Source of the DNA: Guillardia theta CCMP2712
Taxonomy: Eukaryota > Protista > Cryptophyta
Assembly: GCF_000315625.1 (NCBI RefSeq)
Contig: NW_005434648.1
Coordinates: 472,974 to 536,973 of the forward strand
Length of the DNA stretch: 64,000 nucleotides
Direction of reading: 5' to 3'
Shown: in pieces, positions 1 to 13,490 of the stretch
Layout: every line of letters begins with the position of its first letter
Numbering within the stretch: position 1 is the first letter of the stretch
The notes under the pieces: model-generated
The model's database searches: none
What the model was told of the DNA's origin: nothing
The model's input: the letters and a program-made list of their open reading frames with translations, nothing else
Made by a program: the position numbers and the translations under genes

Positions 1-729
1 TAAGACTCCTCCTCCTCCTCCTCCTCCTCTGCATGCTCTTGTTCGCGTGACGATGCTCTTGACGCTGCCAACAAGGGTCGCAGAAGTCAGCAGGTGAACT
101 CAGTAGGAGGAGGCGACTCACGAGTTTGCGGGGCTGAGGGAGGAGCATAGCGTTGCTTTTCCGGCCGGGCGCTCATAGGAAAAATTGGCAATATTTTTTT
201 TTTTCGAAGGACCTGAGGGGTCCCTTCATTCCATGCCAATTGGGAGTACCCTCCTTTGAGAAGTCATGTGGGAGGGTAGTCGCTCTCATGAAAATCCGAT
301 CATCGTTGCTGTGCAGGGCCAAAGAGGGGTAGGGTGATTTGAATTTGGTGGCGTGGACACCTCACCACGCCAAACCAATGTAAAAGTACGCATTTTAGGA
401 GTATCTGTGGTACCAACTTAAAATTGCAGCTCTTACATGGTACAAAATGAGGGCCAAACTGGTCGGAACTTCGACTTCCGAGAACCCCTCCATTTGACTG
501 TTGTTGGGGGGTAGGGTAGGCATGGAGCACCCTCAACCACCCACCTTTGAAAGAATTTGAAACTGTGTAATAGGGGGTGGGGGGTAGCCCCCTTTTCTCA
601 TTCCCCAAGCCCCCTCTCCCTGGACGAGCAAGAGGCGATGAAATGGTGCCTTCCTGACTCGCGAGGATGAACCTTGATATTGAGGGACTTCGAATCCAAC
701 CCAACTGAGATAGGAATGAGATGAAGATC

Positions 730-2513
730 TCATATCACATCTGTAAGAGATGATCGAGCTTCTTTCTCAACTCTGCAGGTTGGGCCAAGGTTTGAATCAT
801 CCAGCGTGTAATGTAATATGTGCCCTTGGTTCATACAATCCGCGAGTGTACTTGCAAATATGCTTCGAAGACATGATGACATTTTTATGAACAGGTAAGG
901 AACTAATAATGGATACACCATTGAACAGAATCAACTCTGATTGACCCTTCTTTCAAATTGCAGTGCGTTGCACGTTGCGCTCAAATGCATGATTTATGAG
1001 AAATTTGTATTCAACTGTACCTTGAGCGACTTTTCTGTCTAACAATATGTTCTCATGTCATCGCTCACTTTCAATTCTTCTAGTCTTACGGTCAGGATTC
1101 ATGCACTTCACTTTTCTACAGAGGACAGGCTCACACGCACTCAACCGTTCAACGGTGCATGAAGAGACGTTTGCAAAAAGGATGACTTCACCTGCTCGCA
1201 TAGATTACTGTAGAGAATTGTTGTTGATCATGAATCACTATATCCATGATCAAGTGCATTGACCATTGCATTTCCATGTTTCATGACGTAGGATGATTTT
1301 TCTGCACTTGGATTTCTTCCTCAGTCATGATGTTTCCACAACGCTTCAGAAACCTAGTCAGAAATGAAACAATGTGCAGATAAATTTGAGCATCAATAAA
1401 AATAAATGAGATGTTCTTCGAATCAATCCTGCCTTGTTTTGACGGTTCGCAATGCTGCCGTGCAGTTGTAGAGTTCTTGTCGCATGTGGCACTACAGAGG
1501 AGTGCCTTGTTCAACAGAACAAGCACTCGGTGATTGTAAAAGGATCACAAACGCTGTGAATCAATAAATAGAATTCCACATCCAGGGTATCACATCTTTA
1601 TTAGAAGAGTTTCAATCAGGGTAAAAGCACAACCGACCTCCTTGTAATCAAGAACACGTTCCATCTTTTGCCTTGCGAAGGTGTATCTATGTGAACCAAG
1701 AAGCATGTGACATGTGGCCACATCATACATGCTCTACGGCCTGGAATATTGGCATCTTCAAAAGTGCTCATGTTTGCGTTGAGATCATCTGCTTGGCAGC
1801 GGCTCATTGATGAACAAAATCCGATGCAAGTTCACACCAGTAATATTTAGATGATGCATCATGTGATCAAATGGCATAGACCTTGGTGATTTGCAAAATG
1901 TTTCATCGTTCAAACACGTCCTTGAAAATCAGATGAAGAATCCTTCACGAACCACGGGACTTGCTTGTCCGACATCATTCGACAGCACTGCGGATCATGG
2001 TTGTTTCAAGCAGTCGAGCAGCTCACTGCTAAAATGCACCGTGCATTATTTATTGGCATCTTCTTGCGAGACTATCAGACATAGTCGTGCAGATATGTGT
2101 TCTTGAGCTCACAGGTGACCGTACAGCTTTTGAACAATCCAGTCACCATCTGATGATGATTCCCTGTCGTCTTGTGTGTAACCTCCATCCATTTACTCCA
2201 ACTCAGTTTCCCTGTCATGCATCACAGATAGCTTAGGGTATTTTACGCTTTGGTTTCGATTGCAATGTAACCCTGTGATGGTGTTTTCACTTGTATTATT
2301 CATGCTCTTCGCTTACCAAACGATTTTTCGTGAGATTCACGAGCTCTACCAAGCACTCCTCAAGGATCATCATCTCTACACCTCAGGAATTTCCCATGAG
2401 TATGTTCGGTGAACATCTGACATCTGCACACGCTGCCGCGGGCTTGCTGTTTGCGAGCCATCGTTAGGGCAGTACAGAGCGGTGCGACGTGCCCCGTGCA
2501 AGGGGAGGCTCAT
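730..2513 (-). CDS. Multi-exon hypothetical protein
   Basis: Chain of short minus-strand ORFs separated by GT..AG introns; plausible start MSLPLHGARRT..., spliced to QMMILEECLVELVNLTKNRL; no recognisable domain; boundaries uncertain. Confidence 0.45.
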
Positions 2514-2910
2514 GGCGTGTAGGGGGAGTTTCAAACTTGTTTATAAATTTGTACCACAAGAAGGCTTTACAACTAAGTTGGTAGACTACCCCACGATCTG
2601 ACTGTAACTTGTGGGGTGTAGCCCTACTTCTCTGTTTATACTCAACCATTACACAATACAGTCTAAAATATCTTATTGGAAAACAAAATGAGAATTATAA
2701 AGCTGAATTCGAACCCTATTTCAGATTCTCAAACACGCCACCCCCAAATCTACCTAGAAAGCAGAACAACCCCCCCACGGGAAAGCATACAGCCCAAAAC
2801 AGACAAATCAAAATGTCAACGCTATGACGGGGTGAGATCGCGCAAGAGGACTGAAGCTAGTGGACTTTCCATCGACAGATGCTGCAGCAGCAACAGTCAA
2901 GGAATGATAC

Positions 2911-5906
2911 TCAAGGAAGCGCTGGAGCTGCACAGACCTCATGCCTCCTCCTCTGCGCCTCTTCGATTAGCTGCTGGAGACGAGCTGACGGGCTCGAAAG
3001 GCTTGCTCGGGCTCGCGCAGTGAGGGATGGACGGGAGTTCGAGGCCTCTGAAGGATGCGGCGACTGACCCGCTGTATGCCTGCTGCCCGCCAACGATGCA
3101 CGGGAGGGGGGAGACGCGGAGCCTTCCTCCTTCCTCGCCTGCAGTTCAGCCTAGGGGCACACTGAGCCGGAAAGTTGAGGACGGGAGGGGTTTACCTGCA
3201 GCTGAGAAATGATGTTGTCTTTCTGTGTGATGACGTCCTGTCATGTCGACACTTCAGCTCCCAACGAATGGGAGAAGATGGGGGAGACCTGGAGGCGAGA
3301 TATCTCTGTCGAGCTGGAGGAGAGCCGGGCCTGTAGGTCCTTGTGCTTTCCCTGCGGAGGAGGAGGGTGAGGGAAGGGAGAGCGTTCGAGGTTCGACCCT
3401 CCATCACCGTTAGCTCGCTGATCTTGGCCTGGGACTTGTGACGGACGTCATTCAGCTCCGACTGGAACGGCTGTAAGCGCAGCGAAGACAAGGTGCTGCC
3501 GTGGCTGATGCACCTCTTGACTTGCGAGCATTTCCCTGAGAGACTTGATCTCGTTCACGTCCCCTTCCTCCCCCTGTGGCTGATCGGTCAGCGCTTGATG
3601 AGAGCCGTTGAACGTCCTCTGACCTTGGCTGCCTCCAGCTCCTTGATCTTGGTTTGCAACTTGAGAATCTAGTCCCATCGGTGAGTGTCAAGGCAGAAAG
3701 CGAGAGGAGAGTCGAGAAGAGGGAGGACAGGAGAGAGAGGAGGAGAAGGGGAAAGAGTAGAAGGGATAGAGGAGAGAGGAAATGAGGGGACAAACAGTAG
3801 AGAGAGGAGCGAGGAAGCAGAAGTTGATGGGAGGAACAGAATCTCGACCCGCTTCTTGTATGCGCTATCCAATTCCATCATGGCATCCTGCAGCCACAGT
3901 CATCACCGGTGACGTCACCATTTGCAGCGGGAGACCTTGAGCGAAGTAGCAGCCATGGAGTCCAGACACACCATGCGGATCATCTGCGCAGATCTCTCGA
4001 CCTCCGACATCATCTCCCTGCTCTATGGGCACATCAGAAAGCGGTGGTGATGATGAAGGAGGAGAAGGAAGATGAGCAGGAGCAGCAGCAGCAGCAGGAG
4101 CAGCAGGAGCAGCAGCAGTTGTTGTGAATAGGATGTCTTGGTAGGACGGATATGAGCGCAGGAGGAGGAGGAGCACGAAGGAAGAGGAGGAGGAGCCATG
4201 CAGGAGGGAAGGAGAAAGAACTCCAGCGGCATTCAGGTGGTGAAAGAGATAAGACTCACTGTCTTCTTGACTTCTTCTAGTCCGCTGCTGATGGGAGCGG
4301 GTTGAGCCTCAGCTGGAGGCTGGACAGAACGAGCTGCTCTGCTCTTCGTGCGATAATTCGGCCTCCTCAGTTTCTCGTCCCTCCAAGAGAATTGAGGACT
4401 GAGATGATGAAGAAGCAGAGGTGAGCAGAGGGAGATGAGAGGGGAGAGAGAAGGAGGAAGGGGAAGGCGGGAAGAGAGGAACGAGGATAGAGAGAAGGGA
4501 GGAGGAGCAGGAGTGAGGGGAGGGAGGAGTTCAGCACGGAGGCGCAAAGATTGCAGTCAGCTGGCTTGTAAGGGATGGAAACGTTTTTGCATACCTCGAG
4601 GACTTCTCGACCGCCTTGTCCATCATCTCCTGAATGTAGCCTTTCACCGGAAGGCTGCTCGTCTGCACTGCAGGTTAGCCAGCTTGCTGGTTGCAATCAG
4701 AAAAGTTGTGAGAAGCTTTCTTACGGGCTGATTTAGGTCCTCCCCTCTCCCTCGTCCTCCTCCTCCGTCTCCTCGCTCTTCATCCTCATGGAATTTCTGC
4801 GGAGGACGAATTTCGCCGGACCCATCTAGAATGACACTCTGGACAGGCTGTTTTTGAATTTGAACAATCATCTGCTCCTCCTCCTCCTCCTCCTCCTCCT
4901 CCTCCTCCTCCTCCGCCGCCGCCACCTCCTCGTGTCGTATTGAAGCAATCTGCGACTTCTCTCTGGGTTCAGGATGTACCTGTGGCTTTCCCTCCTTCTT
5001 GTCATGATGGAAAGTTTCTCGTTCCATCAGAATATCTCGCAGCCTCTTGGGATCCTTGGAATCTTCTCCCCTGCTAGCTTCCTCCATGACGCGCTGCGGA
5101 TTCTCCCCTCCCTCCCTTCCCCTCCTTTCGCCACCCTCAGGGCTCGCCTTGTGATCAGAGGACTTCGAAGGATCTACCAGACGTATACAGCTGTTATCTT
5201 CCAGTCGGATCCCCTCCCTCTCCCCTTCCCCCTCTATCACACCGTTCCCTCCTCTCCCCTCCTTCTCCGTTCTCTCCATCAGCACACAGTCCGAATTGCC
5301 TCTGCAAGACAGCATACAGGACTTCACCCATCCTCGCGCTCCACTGCTGAACTTGATTGCCCCCAAATCTCCTCGTACATCGCAGTGTTTCACTTCACAG
5401 TACGCGCCTGGTTCCACCTCGATCGCCGCTCCTCCTCTTCCTCCTTCCAAGATGCAACCGATTATCACCCACCTTCCCGCCCTCACTCGGACCACTTCTC
5501 CGTGCTCTGCCTTAATCACAATCCCTGCCAACTCCCCCACTGCTTCCTCCTGCGCTTCCCCTGCATTGTCCGGCACCTTCTGATCGTTCTGAAGTATCAG
5601 AGACCCGTAGAGGATGGCCTGTCCGTCGGAGAACAGCTTCAGCGGGCAGTGGAGGACCAGGGGGTTCCCAGGGATGGAAAGTTTTGAGGAGAGAAAGAGT
5701 GAGAGGCTCCCGGCCTGCCAGTTTGCTGCCTCGAGGACCTGAAGGGAGAATCAGTCGGCACAAAGTTCTCGGGCTTCCGCCCACCTTGATCAGCTCAATC
5801 CCATTCTCAATCGTCCGCCTGCTCTGCTTGGAAGGGCCAGAAAGCTCCTGGCTCCTTGCTGGTGAGGCTGAGACGAGATTCTTACCCTCCTCCATTTCAT
5901 CTCCAT

Positions 5907-5937
<31 letters not shown>

Positions 5938-7801
5938 CTCCTCCTCCTCCTCGCTGCTGCTATCTCTTGGCATTTCTCTCTGTGAGTATGAAGAAGGAAA
6001 ATCCTCTTCCTCTGAGAGAAGTCGAAGGTCTGCAGAGAGTCTACTTAGCAGCTTCGAGTGTGTAGGAGGTGCCGGTGACGAGAACGAAGGCTGGGAAGGA
6101 AGAGACTAACCAAAATCATATCAAGATAACAGTATTCAAACCTTCAAGGCAAGCAACAGAAACATCACCTTGTCAGTGCTGGTCTTTTCTCCCTTCATCT
6201 CCTCCTTGTCTTGATTCAATTTCGACAAGTTAAGTTTCAGATTTGGTTGTTCCGCCCTCATGCTCGATACTCTTCCTGCTCCTCCTGCACATCATCGTCA
6301 GGGATCGCGGCTGGGAATCAGCAGCCTCTTGCCATTCATCGCATGCTCGACAGGCTTAACTCTCTTGCCCGAGTCACCTGTCACGCTCTGCTCGTGTTCG
6401 AGTCAGGAAGAGGCAGTGGCATTGACGATAGGAAGAGGACTGTAGGAAGGAGTAGTGTGTGGAATGGAGGAGCAGGATGAAATAGAGGAAAGGAGGAGGA
6501 GAGAGGATCAGAGGTATCAGATGATGCAGGAGGATGTACAAGGAGGAGGAGTAGGAGGGAGAGAAGGGTAAGAGGGCAGGAAGCAAAGAAGGGTCACATG
6601 GGTCTCTCGGAGCTGTACTCTCGTTGGTGGCGGAGGGGGCGCGGCGAGTTTGGTGGCAGGAGGAGGGAGGGGTGTGCCATGCACGAGGGGAGGTGGAGTT
6701 GGAGAGCGCAGGAAGTCAATGGAGAGGCCGGCAGAGGAGCTGTCCCTCGCGTGACTCCCCTTCCCGTCCTGGGAGTAGAGGCTGACCTGCGGGTACAAAA
6801 AGGTAAGAGGACGGGGCAAGAGCGGGAATTCAGACCTCTCGCGTGTTGTTGGTGGAGGCATCGATAGGATGGGACATCATAGAAGTAGTTTCGATTCCGC
6901 CATGCCTTCTGCTCATCTCCACTCCCCTCCTCTTTGAGAGCTCCAAGCCTTCACATGCAAGTTATCATAACTCCCCGCTTCTTCCCCATCATCTTCTTAC
7001 CTGGATGTCTGTTTGCTGCGAGTTCTGTGGCATCGACAACCATTCTTCCGTGCTCGTCTCTCTTCGATCTGTTTGGTTGCGTTGAGACGATTTCGTCATC
7101 TCCCAGCACCAAATGACCTTGCAGAACTGATCTCCTCTTCCTCCACGATCGTCGTGCGAGGCGTGTCTGAGATGTTGCCCTCTGGGAACGAACTTTATCA
7201 AGGAGAGAGGAGGTCGCAGCAAAGTCTCTCACCACTCGAGTCCGAGTCCGAGTCCGAGGAGACTTCATCAAAATCGAACGACCATTCTCTCGAGGCCCCT
7301 GTACCCTCGTGGATCGCTGGCTTTATGCTCCTGGGTGGGGATGTATCAGCAGATCCGCTACCTCCATCTCCTTTGTCTCTGCTTCACCTCAGTTCGTCCA
7401 CGTGCTTGTGCTGGTTCAATCTGCTCCAAGAGGTCAAAGCCTTCCAACTCGTTTCCATCCTCACCCTAGAGCGTCTCGTGGGGTGACTGGAGGCTCGAGG
7501 GTATTCAGAATCCCGAACGACTTCATCGGCAATAGTGGCGCATCATCACACCATCTTCGATCATCTACACACTACTTTCCAAGACCCCACCCTTTCACTC
7601 CCATCAAACTCCGCCGACGAGGCGATGCCAGGTACCTCTCCTCCTTCTTTACCGACGTCCCATCACCACCGCACCAAAGCCGTCTTCTCCTCACTTCGCT
7701 TCACGATATTTCCTCTGCATCCTCTGTGCGCAACTTCCTGCAACAACTTGCACCTCCTCCTCCGGTGAATCCTCCCCTCCTCCCTCCCGCGTCCTTCCCA
7801 T
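2911..7801 (-). CDS. Large multi-exon protein with a right-handed beta-helix (pectin-lyase-like) region and C-terminal coiled coil
   Basis: ATG at 7801 (MGRTREGGGEDSPEEE); exon around 4644-5690 reads GIVIKAEHGEVVRVRAGRWVIIGCILEGGRGGAAIEVEPGAYCEVKHCDVRGDLGAIKFSSGARGWVKSC (PbH1-like periodicity); coiled-coil exons at 3200-3680; could be two genes. Confidence 0.5.
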
Positions 7802-8135
7802 GGATCCTGCCGGGCTCCGCTGTTTTAGACGTTCTCTCTACAGAACTTTGGCTTGTTCCTCTGAAAGAACAAAATCAACTTTTGAAGTTCAACTTTTGAA
7901 CTTTGCACGCCTGGAACTGCCAGTGCCAGCCTGGACTCCCCCGGTCACGCCGGACTCCGGGCCCCGGTCACTGCCAGGGCCAGCCGGGCCGCCGCCCGGC
8001 GCCCGCGGTCCCTGTTGCGGGCCAGGTTGCGGGCTGTGGCGTCGGCCGCGTGCATTCATGATTGCCGGGCCGGCAGCGGGCCGGGCGGTTATGGTTCACC
8101 ATCATTCGCGGTACTCTTCTTCTTGATGTGGGGCC

Positions 8136-10096
8136 ATGGCAGGATTTCGTCTAGTAGGGCTGTTGGGGTTGATGGCGGCATGCACTGATAGCTTCCTCCT
8201 CCCTTGCAGGTCCTTCCCTCCTCTCCTCTTTATCCTGATCTTCACTCGTCCTGTCCTCCTGTCCTCCTGTCCTCCTGTCCTCCTGTCCTCCTGTCCTCCT
8301 GTCCTCCTGTCCTCCTTCCTCCTCAAGCCTTCCCTCACCAGACCTCCTGCCCTGACCATCTCGATTGAGATCGCTGATCGTGCGCAGGAACAGCTTACCT
8401 CGGATCTACCATACTGAAGCAGGTGCAAGCAGAGCAGTGGCGAAGAGCTGTATCATGAAGCAGGTCATCTTAGTCCTCTTCCTCCTGCTCCGATTTCCGA
8501 TGCCTCAGACTCTTACAGGAAGTGCCGGTGACTTACAAGGGGCCGCTCCCCCGAGGAAAGAAGGCCGTCATCTTCGACATCGATGGAACTCTCTGCGACT
8601 CCTTCAAGCTTGCGTTCTCGGCGACCAACCAAGTCTTGACGAACAACAACTATCAGCCCATAGACGAGGAGCAGTACCACTACGGCAGCAGGTTCACCAC
8701 CCCTGAGAGGCTGGCAACGCACGTGGGCCTGTCACCCATAGACGGAGAGAAGTTCAAGGAGGTCGGATCCCTCCTTGGGCGCGAGTTCGATCAGCTGTAC
8801 ATCGGGCTGGTAGACGAGACGACGGCAGGGTTCTATCCGGGAGTGCATGAGCTAGTCGCCTCAATCCCTGCGCACGTCAAGATAGGAGCACTGACCAATG
8901 CTGCATGCGAGTATGCAGAGGCTGTGCTGAGAGCGAACGGGGTAAGGGAGAGATTCGAAGTCGTCCATGGAGCCGACGACGTTCCTGCGCCGAAGCCCAA
9001 GCCCGACGGTCTCCTCCTATGCTGCCATGAGCTCGGGGTGGAACCTGGGGACGCCGTCTACATCGGCGACTCTCCATCAGATGGGCGAGCAGCACGATCT
9101 GCAGGGTGATTATGATGTTCATGACAATGACGATGATGATGGTATGTTAGTGGTGACGATGACGGCATGATGATATGACGGTGGTGGTGATGAAGGTATC
9201 ACTATGATTGTGATTGTGATCGGTTTGTGAGTATCACCACCCTCCTTCTCCGTTCCCTGTCCGATAATCATGACGATATTGATGACGAGCAGGTGCAGCT
9301 CCATAGCAGTCACATGGGGGGCAAACAAGGCTTCTTCTTTGATCGCATCCTTCGATACCCTTGTGATCCTCCCGCTGTCTATGTGCTGCTGTTGACGATG
9401 GAGGGTGGCAGGTATCGGATCCTTGGAGCTGCAAGGAGGCTCTCCTGGGAGCAGAGCAAGGACAGTTCTCAGCCCACTTGCTGCTTGACCGCGACGGCGT
9501 GCTCAACGAGGACATTGGGAGGCCTGGAGTTATATCCGTGGATCAACTGAGGATGGAGGAAGGGGCGAGTCAGGCCGTGCAGATCTTCCGAGAGGCAGGT
9601 TGCCGGGTGAGCGTTGTGACGAACCAAAACTCCATCTCCAAGGGGATCCTGAAGGAGTCCGACATGGCGGATATTCACCAGAGGATGCTAACCGAGCTAC
9701 CCGCCTCCCCCGTAGACGACCTTTATGTTTCCACTGGCATCGCAGGCTCTGGTGGATTCAGACTGAAGCCCGCAGCAGACATGATGGAGGCTGCGCTGCA
9801 GCAGGGAGGGATCGAAAAGTCCAGCACGGTGAGTCAGGAGGAGAAGGGTGGGATGAGGAGGACAAGAAGGATCAGATGGCTGTCTGACTTGGCGGCAGCT
9901 CATGGTAGGAGACAAGATTTCTGATCTCTTGGCCGCGCATCGAGCTGGAATACCGAAAATGGTGACAGGACGATCGGTGGTACCTCGGACCACCATGCTG
10001 AGGTTTCATCAGGTTCTTCTCAGCCGTTCCCACCATGGCCGTCATGCAGAATCTGTGCTCCTCGGTCACCCACATCTGCCAAGATCCGCGGGCTGA
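8136..10096 (+). CDS. Plastid-targeted tandem HAD phosphatase: Gph/phosphoglycolate-phosphatase-like domain fused to a GmhB/HisB-N-like (HAD IIIA) domain
   Basis: Leader MAGFRLVGLLGLMAACTDS-F. Domain 1: FDIDGTL, LTN, KPKPD, YIGDSPSD. Domain 2: LDRDGVLN, VVTNQ, RLKP, MVGDKISD. Two short introns splice in frame to give RSAG-CSSIAVTWG...FDTL-VSDPW...HLLLDRDG. Confidence 0.8.
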
Positions 10097-10368
10097 AATT
10101 CGACGCAGGTGAAACGACGACGGATGAATGTTCGGTCGAGGAGCTTCGAGAAGTTGTCGCGAAAACCAAGGTGCCTCAACAGTTTGATGATTCTTTCTAT
10201 GATGAAGTTTGAGGCAGATTTTCACAAATCTCCTAACGGCTTCTAGTTGGATACTACAGGAATTGAGCTGTACGAGTCAAAAATCATTGAAGTTATAATC
10301 AACAAACAAATACAACAGGATGTTCTGTTTCCATGAGTTTCATAGACAAAAATCACTATAGCCAAGAT

Positions 10369-13300
10369 TTACAACTTCACCGCGGTACCCTGTAAATGTG
10401 GTGAGAAACCAAGAATATAGCTCCGCAAGGTCACCTTGGACGCCATCGAAGGCCTCGCATGCGTTAGTTTTCTTTCCTTCGTGTTCAAACGGGCCCTGGC
10501 CTACTCCAGGTCGCAATCAGAAGATTTAAAGTGACATCGTGACACTCACCTGCTTACTCTTGGGGCTCAAATTTAGGTAAGGCTCTACCGCACAGAACAA
10601 TCCTCCTTCATCTTGCTCGTTCCCCTCAAGCTTTGCATTCAGCAACTGCTCGGAGACACGTTCGTGCGCATGTTCAACACATTCTCCATCGCTGTCATCC
10701 GCTCTTGAGCTGCTATCAATTTGTTGTGCTTGTACTTCGTCTTGAGTGTGTGATGGTCGCACAGCAAAGCACTGAGGCAAATCATAAGATCATATCAAAA
10801 TGAAAATGACAGTCATAAGTCCCGACCTGATCAGACGCCTTGCTTGTGCTCACTTCCAACTTGACATCTGCATCCTTGATCGGATCCGCGCATTTGATTT
10901 TCTCTGTAGGGCCTTCTTGGCTGGAGATTGTAGAGGTTTCAACTCTCTTTTCGTCATTTTTGGGATCCGGTTTCGCAAGTTCCAACTTGCTGATGTCTTC
11001 CCTGTGCAATGGCGTAAGCGAAGAGTATCCGTGTGTTTGTGTGTCTGAACGAAAATTTACCTCTCTGCAGCCATTTCCTTGCTTTGTACGACATGCGAGG
11101 TGATTTCCGAATGTTTTGATGCTGAATTCTCGCAAGTATCCTTCATGGATTCAGCCTTCAAAGATTCTGAAAACATCTCTGAGTGAAGGACTTGATTCTC
11201 GCCCTCATGATGATCGCTTTCGCTTACTGAATTACTGCAAAAACTTGCAAGTTTGTCGAAATCGCTGAGTTTTTTGTTATCCTTCGCCGTAGGCCTCACA
11301 GATTTTTCGATCAGCTCGTCTGCCAAGATGGAAGTCTCGCTTGGGGCTGTCGCTGAAAGAGCATTTAGCATACTTTCCAAGCGATTGATTTCTTCTGCAT
11401 GGAATCTACGAACTTTGTTCAATTCACTTCTGACAAATTCAATATGCTGAGCTTTTGTCGTGATATTTTGACCTTGCGCAAGGCTTCGAGGAACCATCAT
11501 CCTCGAGTTTTCAGAAATGTTGACAATCTTCCTTTGAATTTCATGATTGTGCGTCCTCAAGGTAATTAGATCTGTCTTTGCTTGCGAAAGTTCCGATGTA
11601 AGCTTATCAGAAGAAGCTGTCACTCTGGCGAGCTTGTTATGGTATTCATTTTGCATGCTTGAAACTTCTCCTTTGAGTGCATCAACTCTCTGAGACTGGT
11701 CGTTCATCATCTTTTCTAGGTTGCTCTCTACCTCCTTCACATGCTTCCTGGTATGTGAAAGCTCGTGATCAAACTTCAAGCATAGATCCATTGACTCCTG
11801 CAAACGCCTGGAATGATTTTCCAATGCTGCATCAAAATTTGAACGCAATTTCTGAGACTCAGTGAGAGTTGAAGAGCCCAAATCTTGCAGGTCTCTTGAA
11901 AACTTGCTCAAAGATTGTGCCATTTCTTGTTTAATATTCTCAAAGTAGGCTGTGTATTCCTCCTTGCTTCGTTTCAGGCTTTTGCTTGCTGTCTCCTCCA
12001 TCTCAGTCAAATCTTTCCTCAAAGCAGCTGCAATGCTGACAAAGCTGGTTTCACTTGCATTTCGCTCCTGAAGCACTTGAAGGTAACGATTGTGCTCTTC
12101 AACATAATTTGCTTCCAGATCTTTGATCTCTTCTACCCTCCTCTTGACTGCCTCTTCTGACTCCATCAAGCTGCGTTCCATTTTTTTCATTGTGACCTCC
12201 ATGTTTTGCACAGTCTTAATCAAGACCTTTTCAAACTCCTCCGAAGAATGATCGAACATCATCGCTGAAATGCTCGAAAGCGTTCTATAGACTAAATTGC
12301 ATAATCCTACGCACAATGCAAAAACACCGCCAACAGGTACTGTGATAGGGAGCGTGAGAATCCCAAGGCCAGTTTTGAGAACCGATAAGAAGCGCGCTGG
12401 TTTCTTGTTCACAGCTCCATCATCAGTCACGGATGCATTGCTCACAGAAGGCAGGTTCTGATTCGAACTTGCAACGAACTCAGTTTCTGCTTTATGTGAT
12501 ATTTTGGATGGATCTCTCTGCCCATTGATTTGGCTGGTTTGTTCGAGGCTTGACTCTCCCGTTGTTCCCCGCATACGAGAGAGACTTTTCTCTTTAGGCT
12601 GCTCAACATAGGAAGCGGTATGGGAAGCGGTAACTGTTTGACCACCGCACAAATCTGTTGACTGGTACATCGAAGTCTCGTACTCATATGCTTGGCTCTC
12701 AGAATCAGAATTTTCCCTTTCTGCTTGTCCAAAAGTCAGAGCATTGAACTCCAATTGATCCTTGTTCATTGGGATGTTGAGATTTCGATTGTAACCATTT
12801 TCCCATGTAAAACCAGCTGCCCCAACAATGGCAAACTTGTACTCAATATCCTGGCCTTTGGGTACCGTTGCTTCACCATGCCACCAAGGAAATTCAGCTG
12901 GAGTTGTTTCAAGCTTCAAGGCTTTTGATTTATCCCATCCTCCCATTGCGTCGGCAGCACCTAATTTCCGGGGATTCAGATTGAGCCAAGATGGTCAAGA
13001 AAATCTTACCCAAGAGGACGACTGACTCTCCTGGTTTTGTATGCTCAACCTTCACTCTGAACTTAAAGGTAGCTTGATCCGAAGAATATTGTTCACCACC
13101 ACGAATATGAAGTGCATGAAACTTTAGATCCAAGAAACATGAAGGTTAATATGATGACCAATACAAGAAGTGGAATACCTTGAAGTCGGTAGGCATGACT
13201 CTTTCAGTAGTGAGAGCATCTCGACCACAACGAGAATTTCTTTTGCATTGCTGTGCCGCCTTCGTGGTCGATATCTGCCATTTCCCTTCTGCCCCGGCAC

Positions 13301-13490
13301 GAGCAAACATGGAGGGGCGATGTCTCAGTATACTCGAAGAAGTTACGGTACATAGCCAGAGGATCGAGCCAGACTTGACAATGCTGTACTGCAAAGTATG
13401 CAAAGCTTGCGTAGATTGAGCTGTCGTAGTCAAGCCTGAAAGAAACCAGAACATAAATGCAAGCATGCAAGTCCTGGGGAAGGTCGACAT
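10369..13490 (-). CDS. Signal peptide + CBM20 starch-binding domain + hydrophobic segment + long coiled coil
   Basis: ATFKFRVKVEHTKPGESVVLLG...MGGWDKSKALKL...FPWWHGEATVP...IEYKFAIV...WENGYNR is the CBM20 pattern; LGILTLPITVPVGGVFALCVGLCNLVY is hydrophobic; ~300 aa heptad region follows; N-terminus MLAFMFWFLSGLTTTA. Confidence 0.8.

Noticed and set aside
1-148. Possible 5' end of a minus-strand gene
   Set aside because: Too short and truncated by the window edge
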